Below are positions 26,382-39,699 of a stretch of 64,000 nucleotides of DNA, piece by piece. The DNA comes from Mobula hypostoma. Its lineage: Eukaryota. A program made the translations under genes and the position numbers. Location of the stretch: contig NC_086104.1 of NCBI RefSeq assembly GCF_963921235.1, positions 95,480,001-95,544,000 on the forward strand, given 5' to 3'. The notes below the pieces were generated by a model, which was given only the letters and a program-made list of their open reading frames with translations, was not told the origin of the DNA and did not search any database. Position 1 is the stretch's first letter, and each line of letters starts with the position of its first letter.

Positions 26382-29300
26382 TTATGAATAGAACTTTTTG
26401 GCCGCAATGATATCAGTGTGATCCTTGAGCTTGGTGGTTTTTAGCAAGAGTTGAAATGTCTGGTTCACATGTGACAGCAAAAGACTTAAGTCCCCAGGTG
26501 TAACAATGTCCAAGCGGTTTCTATTCTTGGTGAGTACGTGGCTCACTGCACTGGAGCCTCTTTCAACAAGATAGGAGGATGGAAACGCAATGAAGAGCAG
26601 TTTGGCTCTTCTCCAAAGACCAGGAAACTTCATATGACAGTGTCGCCATATACCACAAAAGCAGACATTTTTGAAAAAAGCATTTTTGCTTCTTCATCAT
26701 TCTGAATTTCAATAATTTCTTCCTGCAAGCTCTCTTCCTGTTCTTCCACCTTGAAAAGGAATGGGTTAATAACAAATACATGAATTGATTCTGAAAATCC
26801 TTCTTCAGTGACTGCAGGTGTAAGCAGTACACTTGCACATCACTGTCTGTGAAAGAGAATGCCATTCTTCTCCCAATCTTTTGCCTATATAATTCCAATT
26901 TTTCAATAAAAGTGGACACTGCATTTTGGCCTGGATTAAAGTGAAATTCTCATCATGCCAATTCATATTTAGAATGTTCATTTTGCCATACAGATCGACT
27001 AGGTATGCCACATCTCCATGTAGAAGTTCAATCTTGTTTCCCAAGGTCTTGTCAACTTTGAACAAAATTCAACCAGTGTCAAAAAGATCAAAGAAATTTT
27101 TAAAGCAGCAGCCTTTTGAGAGCCAATGGACTTCAGTGTGAAGAAGCAAGCATTTAAACACTCCATCGCTATCTTGGCATAACTGATGAAACATTCTGCT
27201 ATTTGATAGATGAGCCTTAATTTTGTTGACAGCAGATATTACAAGAGTCATGTTTGAAAAAAAGTTACTGGCTGAGTTTTTGGCTGCAAATCTTGATGAT
27301 GAATTGCACAATGGATTACAAAGAGAGTTGGAATTTCTTTTTTCATAAATGCCACTAAACTAGCATGGTGATCTGTTGCACAAGAAATCATGCTCCTAAT
27401 TGGAATACTTTTATTCTCAATGTGCATTTTGAGTTCTTTGTAGATTGATTCTCTGTTGATATTTGTTTTTAACTTTTCACAAAAGAGAATCTCTTCATAA
27501 ACTTTTCCATTTTTGATAAACCATACATATGCCTTCAACAATGCTTCATTGTCTCACACAGTTAACTTATCCAATTGTATCCCAAACTCTGTTTTTTTGT
27601 AGTTCTGTGCATAGTTGATCCTCAATGTCTTCACTCATTTCGACAATATGACGAGCTACAGAGTTATTACTCAGAGGAATTGATCTTAAAATACTGATAT
27701 CCATTTTGAGAACAGTGGTGAGCAGTTCTGATTCAGCAGGCATTATTAATCCTTTACCAGTCGTATGGGATTTTCCACACTTTGCCCTCATTTTGGAACT
27801 GTTATAGGAAGCAATGAGACCATTATCAAGTTCATTTTTAGCTTTCTTGGCAAATGACTGGAGTGTGCAATGCTTTACAAATGCTTCCTTCATCTTCAGG
27901 AATTGAGTGATACCAAAGTAGCCTTTTCATGGTTTCTTTTATAGGATCAATAGGTACATTTAATGTCAGAGAAATGTATACAACATACATCCTGAAATTC
28001 TTTTTCTTTGCAAACATCCACAAAAACAGAGGAGTGCCCCAAAGAATGAACGACAGTTAAACATTAGAACCCCAAAGCACCCCCAGCTCCCCCCCACGTA
28101 CAAGCAGCAGCAAAGCAACAACTCCCCCTCCTCCACCCGCAAAAAACATCAGCGCCCTCCATCGAGCACTCAAGCATGCAGCAAAGCACTCAAGCTTGCA
28201 GTACCCTGAAGACTACTCGTTCACCCGGGAATTCGACATACCATAGGCTCTCTCTCTCCCTAATAAGGGAAAAAGAAGTGTTCCCGTTTCACAGTGAGAG
28301 GGGAGACATAACAAACAACTCGCTGATTTATGGTGTTAAATGTCTGTTGCGTCGCTTTTTCCGAGTTCTTCACCCAGAATGGGCCCCAGAAAGGCTCACT
28401 TCTCTGGACACACAGCCAGCATCTAACCCACTGCTCTCGATGTTCCCTATTCTCCCGCAACGCCTCAGTCAGAGGCTTCGGCCTTGAATCAGCCCGTCTC
28501 CATAGCCACAAAAATCCGGCACCCTGAAGGCATGCACCCGAGAGTGGGTCCCATTCCCACAAAGAACCGAAGTCAGAGTGTAACTTCAGGTCAGGGTCTT
28601 CAAAAGAACCTTGAAAAGGGAAAAAAGAGATATCAAAGATAGAAATAAAGCTGTTTCCAATGATGCAAGCAGAGGAGTCGCCGTTTAGTGTCATCTTGAC
28701 TTTACTCTGCCCTCCAGTCAAGCGTTCCGGCAACCTTGATAGTTTCATAGTGTCATTGAACAGTACAGCATTACAAATAGGACACATGGGGCATTGCTGG
28801 ATTGACAGGAACAGAATAAAACCACTCTCCAGGTAGGTAACATTGTATTGACACACTTTCTGCACTCTCTTTTTCTTAGCAGGATTAGAATTCAAGGGTT
28901 CATAGAAATTGTGCCGTACATATTTATCCATCATTAATGGGGTTAAATTAAAATGAAAAGTTAATACAAACTGGGAATGTTATTGGATATTGATGCTGAT
29001 CGGATGCTAACGGCAGCAAGTTGACACGGATGGAAGAATGGTAGTGGCACACAGAGGAACGATGAGGCGAAGATGATCACAACAGTGAAAATTATGCTGA
29101 CAAGGATTCAGATTGGAATCTGAATCTTAGTTGGGATAGAGTTGGTGTTCGGCAAGCTACCTTTATACTATTCCAGTTAGCATGATTGACCAATTGCATA
29201 AGATGGTTCTTGACTGCACATATGAATCCGAGGTTGTTCTGAACACCTGAAGAGCAATCGTCGGGATCGCCAGATTCACCGTTTGGTTCCGGCCAGCACT

Positions 29301-29429
29301 GTATCCTTGCATGACCTGTTTTCTGTAGATCTGTAGAGAAAGTTTGGGAGGACGTACTTGACTTACCAACTGTTAAATTGCATGAACTCATTCTGTGCCA
29401 CGAGCCAAGGGAAACCTTTGGGCACCCTG
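26382..29429 (-). mobile_element. Buster/Charlie-type hAT transposon, frameshifted transposase (ZBED5/ZBED8/SCAND3-like)
   Basis: Collinear fragments: YNVTYLESGF...PMCPICNAVLFNDTMKLSRL (BED finger), IPLSNNSVARHI, EEILFC, CATD, IHCAIH, LLLHTEVHWLSKG, VAYLVDLY, FPSSYLVERGSS. Possible 5' terminus CAGGGTGCCCAAAG read on - from 29429 (uncertain). Confidence 0.88.
27940..28700 (-). mobile_element. Non-coding insertion (retroposon-like) splitting the hAT BED-finger region
   Basis: hAT homology stops near 28700 (…LPERLT) and resumes near 27930; the sequence between is unrelated to hAT. Confidence 0.6.
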
Positions 29430-29789
29430 ATTGCTAGTTTATGCATTCCCAGTAAGGTCTGTTCGGTTGGTAAGGTCAGATGAGATTGCCGAGATTCAGA
29501 CGTGTGGTGACAAGTGCTCACTGCAAGCGGAGCTATGGTTCTTCCTGTATTCCAGTGCCTCTTTCTTGTTTTTTGGGAAGTGCCTGCTCTACGAAGAGTC
29601 AGTCAGGCCTCCTGCCACAAGTTAGGGTGCTGCTTACCACCTCCCAAGAATCTTGGACACCCGGACAACCTCTATTTCCCCTCACGTCCCCTGAGGGCAC
29701 AAAACCTTATGAAGCATCCCCCGTTGGGAATCACTGATGTACACATATGCTACAAGTTGCTGAGCAGAGTGAACGGAATATTTCAAATG

Positions 29790-31015
29790 ATCATCAGTCA
29801 AAGTATTGAGTGCAGGAATTGTGTTGTAATGTTGAAGTTATGTAAGACATCAGTATAGTCTAATTTGGAGTATTGCTTGCAGTTTTCATCACCTATCTAC
29901 AGGAAAGATGTCAGTAAGATTAAAAGAATGCAGAGAAAACTTACACAGACCTTGTGGGGACTTGAGGAGCTGAGTTATAGAGGAAGATTAAATAGGTTAG
30001 GACTTCATTCTCTGAAGTGTAGGAGAACGAGGGAAGATTTGACAGCAGTACGGTATACTAAATTATAAATCCAGGCAAGCTTTTTCCACTGAGGTTGGTT
30101 GAGACTAGAACTAGAGGTCATAGATTTATGGGTGAAAGGTGAAAAGTTTAAGGGGAACATGAGGGGTGACTTCTTCACTCAGAGGGTGGTGAGAGTGTGG
30201 AATGAACTATCAGCGGAAGTGGTGGATGCGGTTTCGATTTCAACATTTAAGAGAAATTCTGAAGGTACTTAAATCACCTGGAACAGATGGGATAAACCCA
30301 GGGTTCTGAAAAAGGTAGCAGAACAGATTGCGAAGGTATCAGTAATGATCTTTCAACAACCACTAGATCCTGGGATAGTTTCAGAGCATTGTTAAATTGC
30401 AAGTGTTACACCGCTCTTCAAGGAGGGAGAAAGGAAAAATAAAAGACATTTTTGGTCAGTTAGCCTGACTTCAGTGGTTGATTACATGTTGGAATCCATT
30501 ATTAAGGATGAGGTTTCGGGGTAGTTGGAGGCACATGGTAAAATCTCGCCTGGCAAATCTGTTGGAATACTTTGAGGAAATAATAGAGAAAGGAGAGTCA
30601 GTGGATATTGTTTACTTGGATTTTCAGAATGCTTTCGACAAGGTGCCACACATGAGGCTGCTTTACAAGATAGGAGCTGTATCTCAATAAAACAAATATC
30701 AAAATAAGAGCCTATAATTTTACAGGAAAGATACTAGCATGGAAAGAAGATTGGCTGACTGTCAGGAGGCAGAGAGTTGGAATAGAGGGGGCTTTTTATG
30801 GTTCGCTTCTGGTGACCAGTGACTATAAGGCATTGGTTAGACCACGCTCGGAGTATTGTGAACAGTCTGGGACCTTTACCTAAGAAAAGATGTACTGGCA
30901 TAGGAGAGGATCCAGAGGAGGTTCACAAGAATGATTTCAGGACTGAAAGGGTTAATAAGTGGGGAACATTTGATAGTGTTGTATATTTAATGTTTCAATA
31001 GTATTTGAGTAATCT

Positions 31016-31068
<53 letters not shown>

Positions 31069-31190
31069 TGATTGAGTGTTCTAGAACTGGAGTGCACAGC
31101 CTCAGGATAGAGGATGTCCCTTTAGACAGAGATGAGAAGGAATTTCTTTAGCCAGAGTGTGGTGTTTCTGTGGAATTCTTTGCCAGAGTT
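29790..31190 (+). mobile_element. Tandem CR1 LINE fragments
   Basis: LEYCLQFSSPIYRKD; VDIVYLDFQNAFDKVPH; EMRRNFFSQ-type 3' piece. Confidence 0.8.
31024..31065. repeat. (TA)21 microsatellite
   Basis: Directly visible. Confidence 0.95.
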
Positions 31191-31269
31191 CCTAGATATC
31201 TTCAGCATTATGGGATTTGTGCTCAGTCTCCTGTCTGTATTCCCGTGACTGTGTGGCCTGGTACACTAC

Positions 31270-31550
31270 CAACTTCAAAGATAAAGATTAGCTTTATCTG
31301 TCGCATGCACATGAAGCAAACAGTGAAATGCACCATTTTGCATCAAATCACGTGAGCGAGGATTGTGATGGGCAGCGCCCAGAAGTGTTGCCATGCTTCT
31401 GACGCTAACACGCCACAGTTTATGAAGCCGAACTGCATATCTTTGGAATGAGGGAGGAAACCAAAGCACCGGGAGGAAACACGCACAGTTACGTGGAGAA
31501 TGCGCTAGCTACTTACACACAGCGGCAGGAATTGAACCCGATTGCTAATC
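31270..31550 (-). mobile_element. V-SINE-related element
   Basis: tctttggaatgagggaggaaaccaaagcaccgggaggaaacacgcac...ggaattgaacccg (reverse V-domain and B-box). Confidence 0.65.
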
Positions 31551-31639
31551 GTAAGTATTGTGCTGGGCAGCCCATAAGCATTGCCACATTTCCAGCGCTA
31601 AAATAGCATGTCCACACCTCACTACCTAACTTGATCTTT

Positions 31640-32230
31640 AAGTTTGCTAATTGTTAGCCAGATGAACAGCAATGATGAAATGGAATACAGGAAAGAGATT
31701 GTGAACCTTGTGTCATGGTGTTCGAACAGCAACCCAGCGCTCAACACCAGAAGGGGGAAAGAGTTGGTGTGGAATCGAGAAAGCAAAGGGCTGAACTCAA
31801 CACTGTCCTTATTAATGGAGCTGCTATAGTGACGCTTCAAATTCCTTGGCATCTTTATCGCCAGCAACCTCTCCTGGTCCCTCCATACTGACGCAGTGAT
31901 CAAGAAAGTTCATCAGTATGTTTACTTTCTTAGGCATCTAAGATTTGGCCTTTCCACGAGGATAGTCTCAAAACTTCTACAGAAAGTATTCCGACAGGTT
32001 GAATCTCAGGCTGGTCCCAAGCCCCGCCTGCCTGAATCTGCAGAAAGTGCTAAACACAGCCTAGTCCATCACTTCCTTCCATCCAGTCTGTCTTTATGGT
32101 GCCTTGCGTCAGGAAGACTAGTACTTTCACCAAGGATGCCCGCTACCCCGGCCATTTCCCTTTCCCCTCTTCTTACGCTTCCAGTAAGGTAGCATGCTGA
32201 GATGCAACCACCTCTCTGGGTCCAACCAAA
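31640..32230 (+). mobile_element. Rex/Babar-type LINE RT C-terminal fragment
   Basis: DEMEYRKEIVNLVSWCSNSNPALNT; FKFLGIFI..NLSWS; KKVHQYVYFLRHLR. Confidence 0.7.
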
Positions 32231-34084
32231 GGTGTAACTGTCCATCCAGACATTGCTGAATATTAAGAACACAAAGTACCGTAGATCTACCCCGCTAGCG
32301 AGATGCTCAGTGGTGGTGGAGCTGGACGTTGTGTATTGTGTTGTAGCCTGCTTCAGCCACTCCGGACAGAAGGCATCGGTGGCAGTGTGTAATCCAACAG
32401 ACAGTGCAGAGTGTTTTTGTTGTGATCACAAGACCCTGTTGGACATTGTAGAATACTACAAGTCTGATTCAGTGGCTTATTGGTGAGACTGATGGCAGGG
32501 GAACGGTGTGGCCTTGGTTATGGCATGGATCCAGCCCTCATTCATGCCTTGGAGTCATCTGTTGCAGGTGCTGAGGAAGGAGACGCTGGAGAGGGCTGTG
32601 AGCCGCTGGGTTGCGGGCTAGCCCCTTCCGGCGGTACTGCCTCCAGTGTTCACTCAGTCGGAGACTGGATCGCCTTTGCCTGGAGCCGTACTGCGCAACA
32701 CAGGGAACCGCAGCGGGCTGTCCTTACAGAAACAGGGCTCCAGGCCAACATCCGTGCGCCATCAATCTACAGACCATGACTCTCAGGGACTTGGGCTGTA
32801 TTATTAGATTTAAATACTTTTTGTAATTGTTTGTTTTTCTGCTATGATGATTATATGTGCTATGTTCTGTGTGTGACTGTCGGTTCTGTGTTTTGCACCT
32901 TGGGCCCAGGGAAACACTAATATGTTTGGCTGTACTCACGTGTATGGTTGAATGACAATTAAACTTGAAATTGAAACTGTACCTTGTGGGAGCAGGCACA
33001 GGAGATCAGAAGCCACAGAAGCCAGGATGACCAGACTCAAGAACAGCTTCTTCCCCAATCCTCCCAGACTCATGAATCAATCGCTTCTTTCACACCATCT
33101 TCTCTGCGGCACTGTCGCATTCTCTTAACTCTTCCTCTCTAAGTTGTTGTGACTTCATATCCTTTTTCCCCACATTACTTCAGATTCTTCAGACCCTTTG
33201 CACCATTCTATTGTTTTATGCTCTTTGTCGTAGTTATTGTATTTTAATTATTATCATGTGTACTCTTTACTCTACGACCTTAGGCAGACAAGGAATTTCA
33301 TTGTACCCAGGTGTACTGCGTATGCTATTCATATTAGCTGGATCCAGTTGGATAATGACAAAAAAAATAAACTGCTTCATATGACTTCCCTGTGGAGAGT
33401 TTGCTGACAATTTAGCCTTCCAAGGATCAGATGATGTGCCGCAAGGCAGAAAGAATGCAACCATGAACCTGCAGCACACCATTCCAGACCTCTGAGCTAC
33501 CAACAGTCATTTCACTTTGCACCATGGGTACAGACACTGTTAGCATGCTACTGAATATATGGATCAGGAAAATCTTTGCTGAGCGAGGTCTTTGCTGCTT
33601 TAGTCGGGTATCAGTTGATGGTGGTTCGATGTTGTGGAATGACACAAAAGCAAACTGTGTACTATCCAGTTTGTCTCCTTGCTAGAATGTATCTGAGTCA
33701 CTGGTTGAAGGTGGGATCAAGGATACTGCTAAACTGTGTGCAAGTAAATAGGAATACAGCTCCTATCTCTTGTCCGAGTCTAGACTCACGGAGAGCTAGC
33801 TGTAAGCCTCAAGAAAATCTATTTTTAACTTCTGGAGTATCTTAGATATCCCTTCGTTAAAGAAAGCACAGGTTTAGATCAAGCATTAATCTTGATGAGT
33901 AGTGAATAGAAGCATGACAATGAATTACGTTAATGGGACAGTCAGTTACCCAACCCTTATATCACACCTACTCAATTCCAACTCGGTTAAAATCAGGTTT
34001 ATTATCACCGTCATGAAATTTGTTATTTTGTGGTAGCAGAACATAAAATACTATACATTACAATAAATGTATATACACATTCTT

Positions 34085-34745
34085 ATTGTAATCAGATTAG
34101 ATTATGAGGACACTCAGTCCTCATGTATTGTCATTCAGAAATGCATGCATTAAAAAATGATACAACGTTCCTCCAGAATGATATCACAAGAAAACACAGG
34201 ACAAACCAAGACTAAAACTGACAAAACCACATAATTATAACATATAGTTACAACAGTGCAAAGCAATATCATAATTTGATAAAGAGCAGACGATGGGCAC
34301 GGTATAAAAAAGTCTCAAAGTCCCGATAGACTCATCATCTAACGCAGGGGGCAGAAGGGAGAAACTCGCCCTGCCATGAACCTCCAAGCGCCGACAACTT
34401 GCCGATGCATTGGAAGCACCCAACCGCAGCGGACTCTGAGTCTGTCCAAAAACTTCGAGCCTCCGACCAGCCCCTCCAACACAGCCTCTCCGAGCACCAT
34501 CCTCTGCTGAGCCCTTCGACCCCGCCCCGGCCACCGAGCAACAAGCAAAGCCGAGGACTCGGGGCCTTCCCCTCCGGAGATTTCGGACTACAGAGTAACA
34601 GCAGCGGCGAAGCAGGAATTTCAGAAGTTTCACCCGATGTTCCTCCGTGCTCTCACGTCTGTCTCCATCAAATCAGCATTGTGCATGGCACCCTACTTGA
34701 CAAATAACAGATATCATCACCAGAGTGGCCGCTGGCCACAATCTT
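34085..34745 (-). mobile_element. Retroposon-like repeat with short tandem-repeat tail
   Basis: cagattagattatgaggacac tail, A/C-rich reverse 3' UTR and CpG-rich body; family not assigned. Confidence 0.45.
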
Positions 34746-34750
<5 letters not shown>

Positions 34751-34805
<55 letters not shown>

Positions 34806-34820
34806 TTACACACACACACA
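34751..34820. repeat. (TG)26 microsatellite followed by short inverted (CA)n
   Basis: TG run 34751-34802, spacer, CA run 34808-34820. Confidence 0.95.
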
Positions 34821-35379
34821 AACAGCAAAAATAGTAAGGCAGTGTTCAGCAACAAGTGCATTTTATCTTTTCTGCCTCTCCCAGGACATCAATTTGCTCT
34901 GGGGAACATCTCCATCCAGTCCGTGAACAAAACAACTGTCCATAGCCTCTCATACATTTCCAGTATGCCAATGTTTCCACTATTAGCAAATCCCATCTCT
35001 TCATGATGACTTCCCCTTTTTCACAGCAGCAACATGCCAGATTCATCACTGACACCATGCGCATCGGTTCTTCTCCACATTGGAAGGACAAGTAATGAGA
35101 TGCCAGGCTAGAAGTTCTCAACTGATGGCAGTGGTTGACACAACAATATATCAAAAGTCATGCAACATGATGCTTGTAGACCTTAAAGACTTGAGCACAC
35201 CAGAGGGGACTTCTGTATTCTTGTTCCTCTCAATGCTTCCTCCAGGTATTGTTCAAGGTGGAAGAATCGAGATTCCTCTGGTGATCAGAAGGTTGCCATA
35301 TCCATGTTTAACCTGGTGTCATGGACTTCTTGCGATCTGGTGCTAAGATCTCTTCTGGGGAAGGTAAAACCTGTACAAA

Positions 35380-37065
35380 AGGGATAGGTTACACCAGAAC
35401 CCTTGGGGGACCAATATCCTTGCAGGCAGGCTTGTTAGAGCTGTGGGAGGGGGGGTGGTTTAAACTAACTCAGCAGGAGACGGGGAACAGAATAATAGGG
35501 GAGGATGGGGCAGTTGGTATACAATTAGATGATGTGTGTAGTGAGACTGTGAGAAAAGTTGGGCAGATGATAGGGCAAAATTGCAGTCAGTGGGATGACT
35601 TAAAGTGTATCAGAGGGTCAAAATCAAAAAACGATGATGAATACAGGACTGAAGGTATTATATTTGAATGCGTGCAGTATACGGAATAAGGTTTTGTAAC
35701 ACAGTTAGAGAATGGCAGGTATGATGTTGTGGGCACCTCTGAGTTGAGGCTGAAGGAAGATCATACTTAGGAGGATACACGTTGTATTGAAAGGACAGGC
35801 AGGAAAGCAGAGGGGATGGGGTGGCCCTGTTGATATAAAATGTAATCAAATCCTTAGAAAGAGGTGACAAAGGATCAGAAGATATTGAATCCTTCTGGGT
35901 AGAGTTAAGAAACTACAACAGCAAAAAGACCCTGGTGGGAGTTATATACAGGCCTCTGAACAGTAACCAGTAGACAAATTACAACAGGAGATAGAAAAGG
36001 GATGTAAATCAGGTTGGTGCTGGATCTTAAGAGAGGGAATTTGTAGAATGCTTATGAGATGGCTTCTTAGAGCAGCTTGTGGTTGAGCTTGTGAGGAATA
36101 GCAATTATAAATTGGGTGTTACGTAATGACCCAGATTTGATTAGGGGACTTAAGTAAAAGGAATCATTAGGAGGCAGTGATCGTAATATGATAGACCCTG
36201 AAGATTAAGAAGAAAGAGCTAAAGTTGGATGTATGAATATTAAGGTGGAGTAAAGGAAAGTACAGGGCCGTGAGAGAAAAGCTGGCCAAAGTTGATTGGA
36301 AGGGGACACTAGCAGGGACGATGGCAGAGCAGCAATGCCTGGTGTTTCTGGGGCAAATTCGGAAGGCGCAGGAAAGATACATCCCAAAGATGAAGAAGTA
36401 TTCTAAAGGGAGGATGAGGCAACCATGGCTAACGAGGGAAATCAAAGATAACATAAAGTCAAAAGAGGAGGAATATACAATAATATAGCAAAAAAATAGT
36501 GGGAAGGTAGAGGATTGGGAAGCTTTTAAAAACTAACAGTGGACAACTAAAAAGCCATAAAGGCAAAAGATATGAAATATGAAGGTAAGCTAGCCAATAA
36601 TATAAAATCGGATACAAGACGTTTCTTAAAGATATAAAGAGTAAAAGAAAGACAAGAGTTGATATCAGACCATTGGAAAATGACTCTGGAGAGGTAGTAA
36701 TGGGGGACAAAGAAATGACTGACAGCGTCAGTCTTCACTGTGGAAGACACTAGCAGATTGCCAGAAATGAGAGAGTGACAGGGGGCAGAAGTGAGTGTAG
36801 TAACTATTACTCAGGAGAAGGTGCTTGGGAAGCTGAAAGGTCTGAAGGCAGATAAGTCACCTGCACCAGATGGTCTGCACACCCAGGGTTCTGAAAGAGG
36901 TGGTTGAAGAGATTGTGGAGAGACTTTAAAAGATCTTTCAGGAATCACTAGATTCTGGAATGGTTGTGAAGGACTGGAAAATTGCATATGTCACTTCACT
37001 CTTTAACAAGGTGGCAAAGGAGGCGGCAGAATAAGGGAAATTATATGCCAGTTAGCCTGACTTCC
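35380..37065 (+). mobile_element. CR1 LINE, ORF2 endonuclease to early RT, degraded
   Basis: YLNACSIRNK, YDVVG.SE, RKDRQ...GDGVAL, ESFWVE, VGVIYRP and KSPAPDGLH remnants. Confidence 0.8.
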
Positions 37066-37149
37066 ATAACCCAAGAAAATCTGCAGAAGCCCAAAACAGT
37101 CCGGATAGCAGTGAGCGTCAGTGGGTTTTCAAGTGACAGGGTGGGAAGA

Positions 37150-38310
37150 GACGGACTCTCACACCTGTCTGGACTACACCTCTTCCCACCCTGTCACTTG
37201 TAAAAACGCCATCCCCCTTCTCTCAGTTCCTCCGTCTCTGCTGCATCTGCTCTCAGGAGGAGGCTTTTCATTCCAGAACAATGGAGATGTCTTCTTTAAA
37301 GAAAAGGGCTTTCCTTCTTCCACCATCAACACTGCTCTCATCCGCATCTCCTCCATTTCACACATCTGCCCTCACCCCTACCAGGGATAGGGTTGCTCTT
37401 GTCCTCACCTACCACCTACTAGCCTCTGTGTCCAGCACATTAACTCTCCGTAACTTCCACCATCTCCAATGGGATCCCACCACCAAATGCATCTTTCCCT
37501 TCCCCCAGTTTCCGCAGAGATTGCTCCCTACGTGATTCCCTTATCCACTCGTCCTTCCCCACTCATCTCCCTCTTGGTACTTATCCTTGCAAGTGCCACA
37601 TCAGCCCCTACACCGCCTCCCTCACCACCATCCAGGGCCCCAAACAGTCCTTCCAGGTGAGGCTGTTGGGGTCATTTACTGCACTTGGTGCTCCCGATGT
37701 GTCCTCCTGTATATCGGTGAGACCTGATGTAGATTGGGAGACCACCTCGCTGGGCACCTTTGCTCCGTCTGCCACAGAAAGCAAAGATCTCCCAGTGGCC
37801 ACCCATTTCAATTCTACTTCCCATTCTCATTCTGACATGACCATTCCCATGGCCTCCTCTCCTGCCACAATGAGGCCACACTCAGGTTGGAGGAACAACA
37901 CCCTGTATTCCGTCTGGGTCACCTCCAGCCTGAGGGCATGAACATCGATTTCTCTAACTCCTTGTAATTGTACCCCCCCCTTCACCTTATCTCCTTACCT
38001 GCCCATCACCTCCCCCTTCCCTTTCTTCCATTGTCTTCTATCCTCTCCCTACCAGGTTCCCCCTTCTCCAGCCCTTTATCTCTTTCACCAATCAAGGTCC
38101 CAGTTCTTTACTTCACCCCTCTCCCCATCTCCCGGTTTCACCTATCACCTACCACCTTGTACTTCTTCCTCTCCTCCCGCCCCAGCTTTTTACTCTGACT
38201 TCTCCCCTTCCTTTCCAGACCTGATGAAGGGTCTTGGCCCAAAATGTCCAGCTGCTTACTCTCTTCTGTAGATGCTTGGTTCCTCCAGCACTTTGTGTGC
38301 ATTGCTTCAG
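37150..38310 (+). mobile_element. Penelope-like element 3' part
   Basis: SHTCLDYTSSHPVTCKNAIP, GVIYCTWCSRCVLLYIGET, LPVATHFNS; terminal ctgatgaagggtcttggccc. Confidence 0.85.
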
Positions 38311-38839
38311 ATTCTATTTATAGCTCAGCCTAAGAATGTGCTTGGGCAGCCCGCAAGTGTTGCCGCACATTCTGGTGCCAGTATAGCATGTGCACAGTGC
38401 TCAACAGGACAACAGAGAACACAACAAGCAACAAAACAACAACAGTAAACCAAGCCCCTTTCCTCCCTCTTACACACACAGACAGTCGACTCCAAGACAA
38501 GCCTCCCGGCCTCCAGCGGACCTGCAGACAATAGGCCTATGACTCCCACTGGACTTCAGACCCCTCGATCCAGGACTTTGGTCATCAGACTTTAACTTCC
38601 GGACTTCCGATCAACCCTTGGGCTTCGAGCTCTAGTATCGACCCAGCACTGCCTGAGGACAGGACCCGGAACTTTCTGTGTGGAGGTTAAAGTACCTCCC
38701 TTCTGATCTCATGGTTTCCCCAGGGTGTTCCAGTACCATGGAGCCTTAGTGACAGAAGGCAGGGGGAATACTGCTGAAAGTCCAATCTTGCACAAATGAA
38801 GAAAGCTTTCAGGAAACCTTTCACATTAATGTCCTATGC

Positions 38840-39170
38840 AAAAACAGCAAACGCTAGAAACTCTCAGCAGGTCAGTCAGCATCTGTGGTAAGAGAAACAA
38901 CTGACATTACAGATCCGGGGCTTTTCACCTGAGAAAAACAAGTTAGTTTTCAGGAGCGGCCAAGGTGAGTAGGGATAGGTAAAACAAAGAGAATATCTCA
39001 GACTGAATGGGTTGATAGGAGCAGTAGTCACAGATATTGTCCAACACTAAAAGTGCACCAGTCCAGATGAAGGGTCTTGGCCGGAAACTTTAACTCCCCA
39101 TTTCCATCCATAGATGGTGTTTGTCCTGCGAGTTCCTCCAGATTCTAGCATTACGGTCTCTTGCGTCTCT
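38840..39170. mobile_element. Two Penelope-type terminal repeats in opposite orientation
   Basis: Minus copy ~38840-38930 (ctcagcaggtcagtcagcatctgtgg), plus copy ~39059-39170 (cagtccagatgaagggtcttggccggaaac...gagttcctccag). Confidence 0.6.
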
Positions 39171-39699
39171 AAGTAATGTCCTGGCCCTTTCACTTTCAGT
39201 CAGTGCCCACGTCAATCAGTTGGGTAACAGTCAGGCATGGGCTTCTGTGACAATAAATGTTTGTGCCACACAATCGAAAGCTAATACAATCTCCAACAAG
39301 AGAGTCTAATCACTTTCCCTGTGAAATCCAACAGCACGATCATCATTGACTAACTTTTAACCAGAAACTTAACCAGATGAACCATGTAAGTACAAAGGCA
39401 AGAATAGGTCGGATATTGTGAAATCATTGATGGAACCTGCCCCCCCCCCCACCCGACTCCTTTCCACCATCTGTAGAGAACAGTTTGAAGTTTAATGGAC
39501 TTCACTGCCCTTGCTAGACCTAGTTGAGTACACCATTATTGTCACTCAGGGCAAAAACATGCAGTCAATTTAGTTAGCATGCCAAAGCCTCTTTATCAGA
39601 ATGCCCCCAGCAACATTTTATATTTGAGTTGTGTACAAGATATAAATTAGCATAAACATATTAGGACATTGATCTAATGATTGCAATCTGATTAAATTC

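Noticed and set aside
28260-28934. 224-aa ORF as an intact or domesticated ZBED gene
   Set aside because: Only the first ~73 aa are hAT; the rest reads into an unrelated insertion and the remaining transposase is frameshifted many times.
34637-35006. Cys-Val or His-Thr repeat proteins
   Set aside because: Translations of the (TG)n microsatellite.
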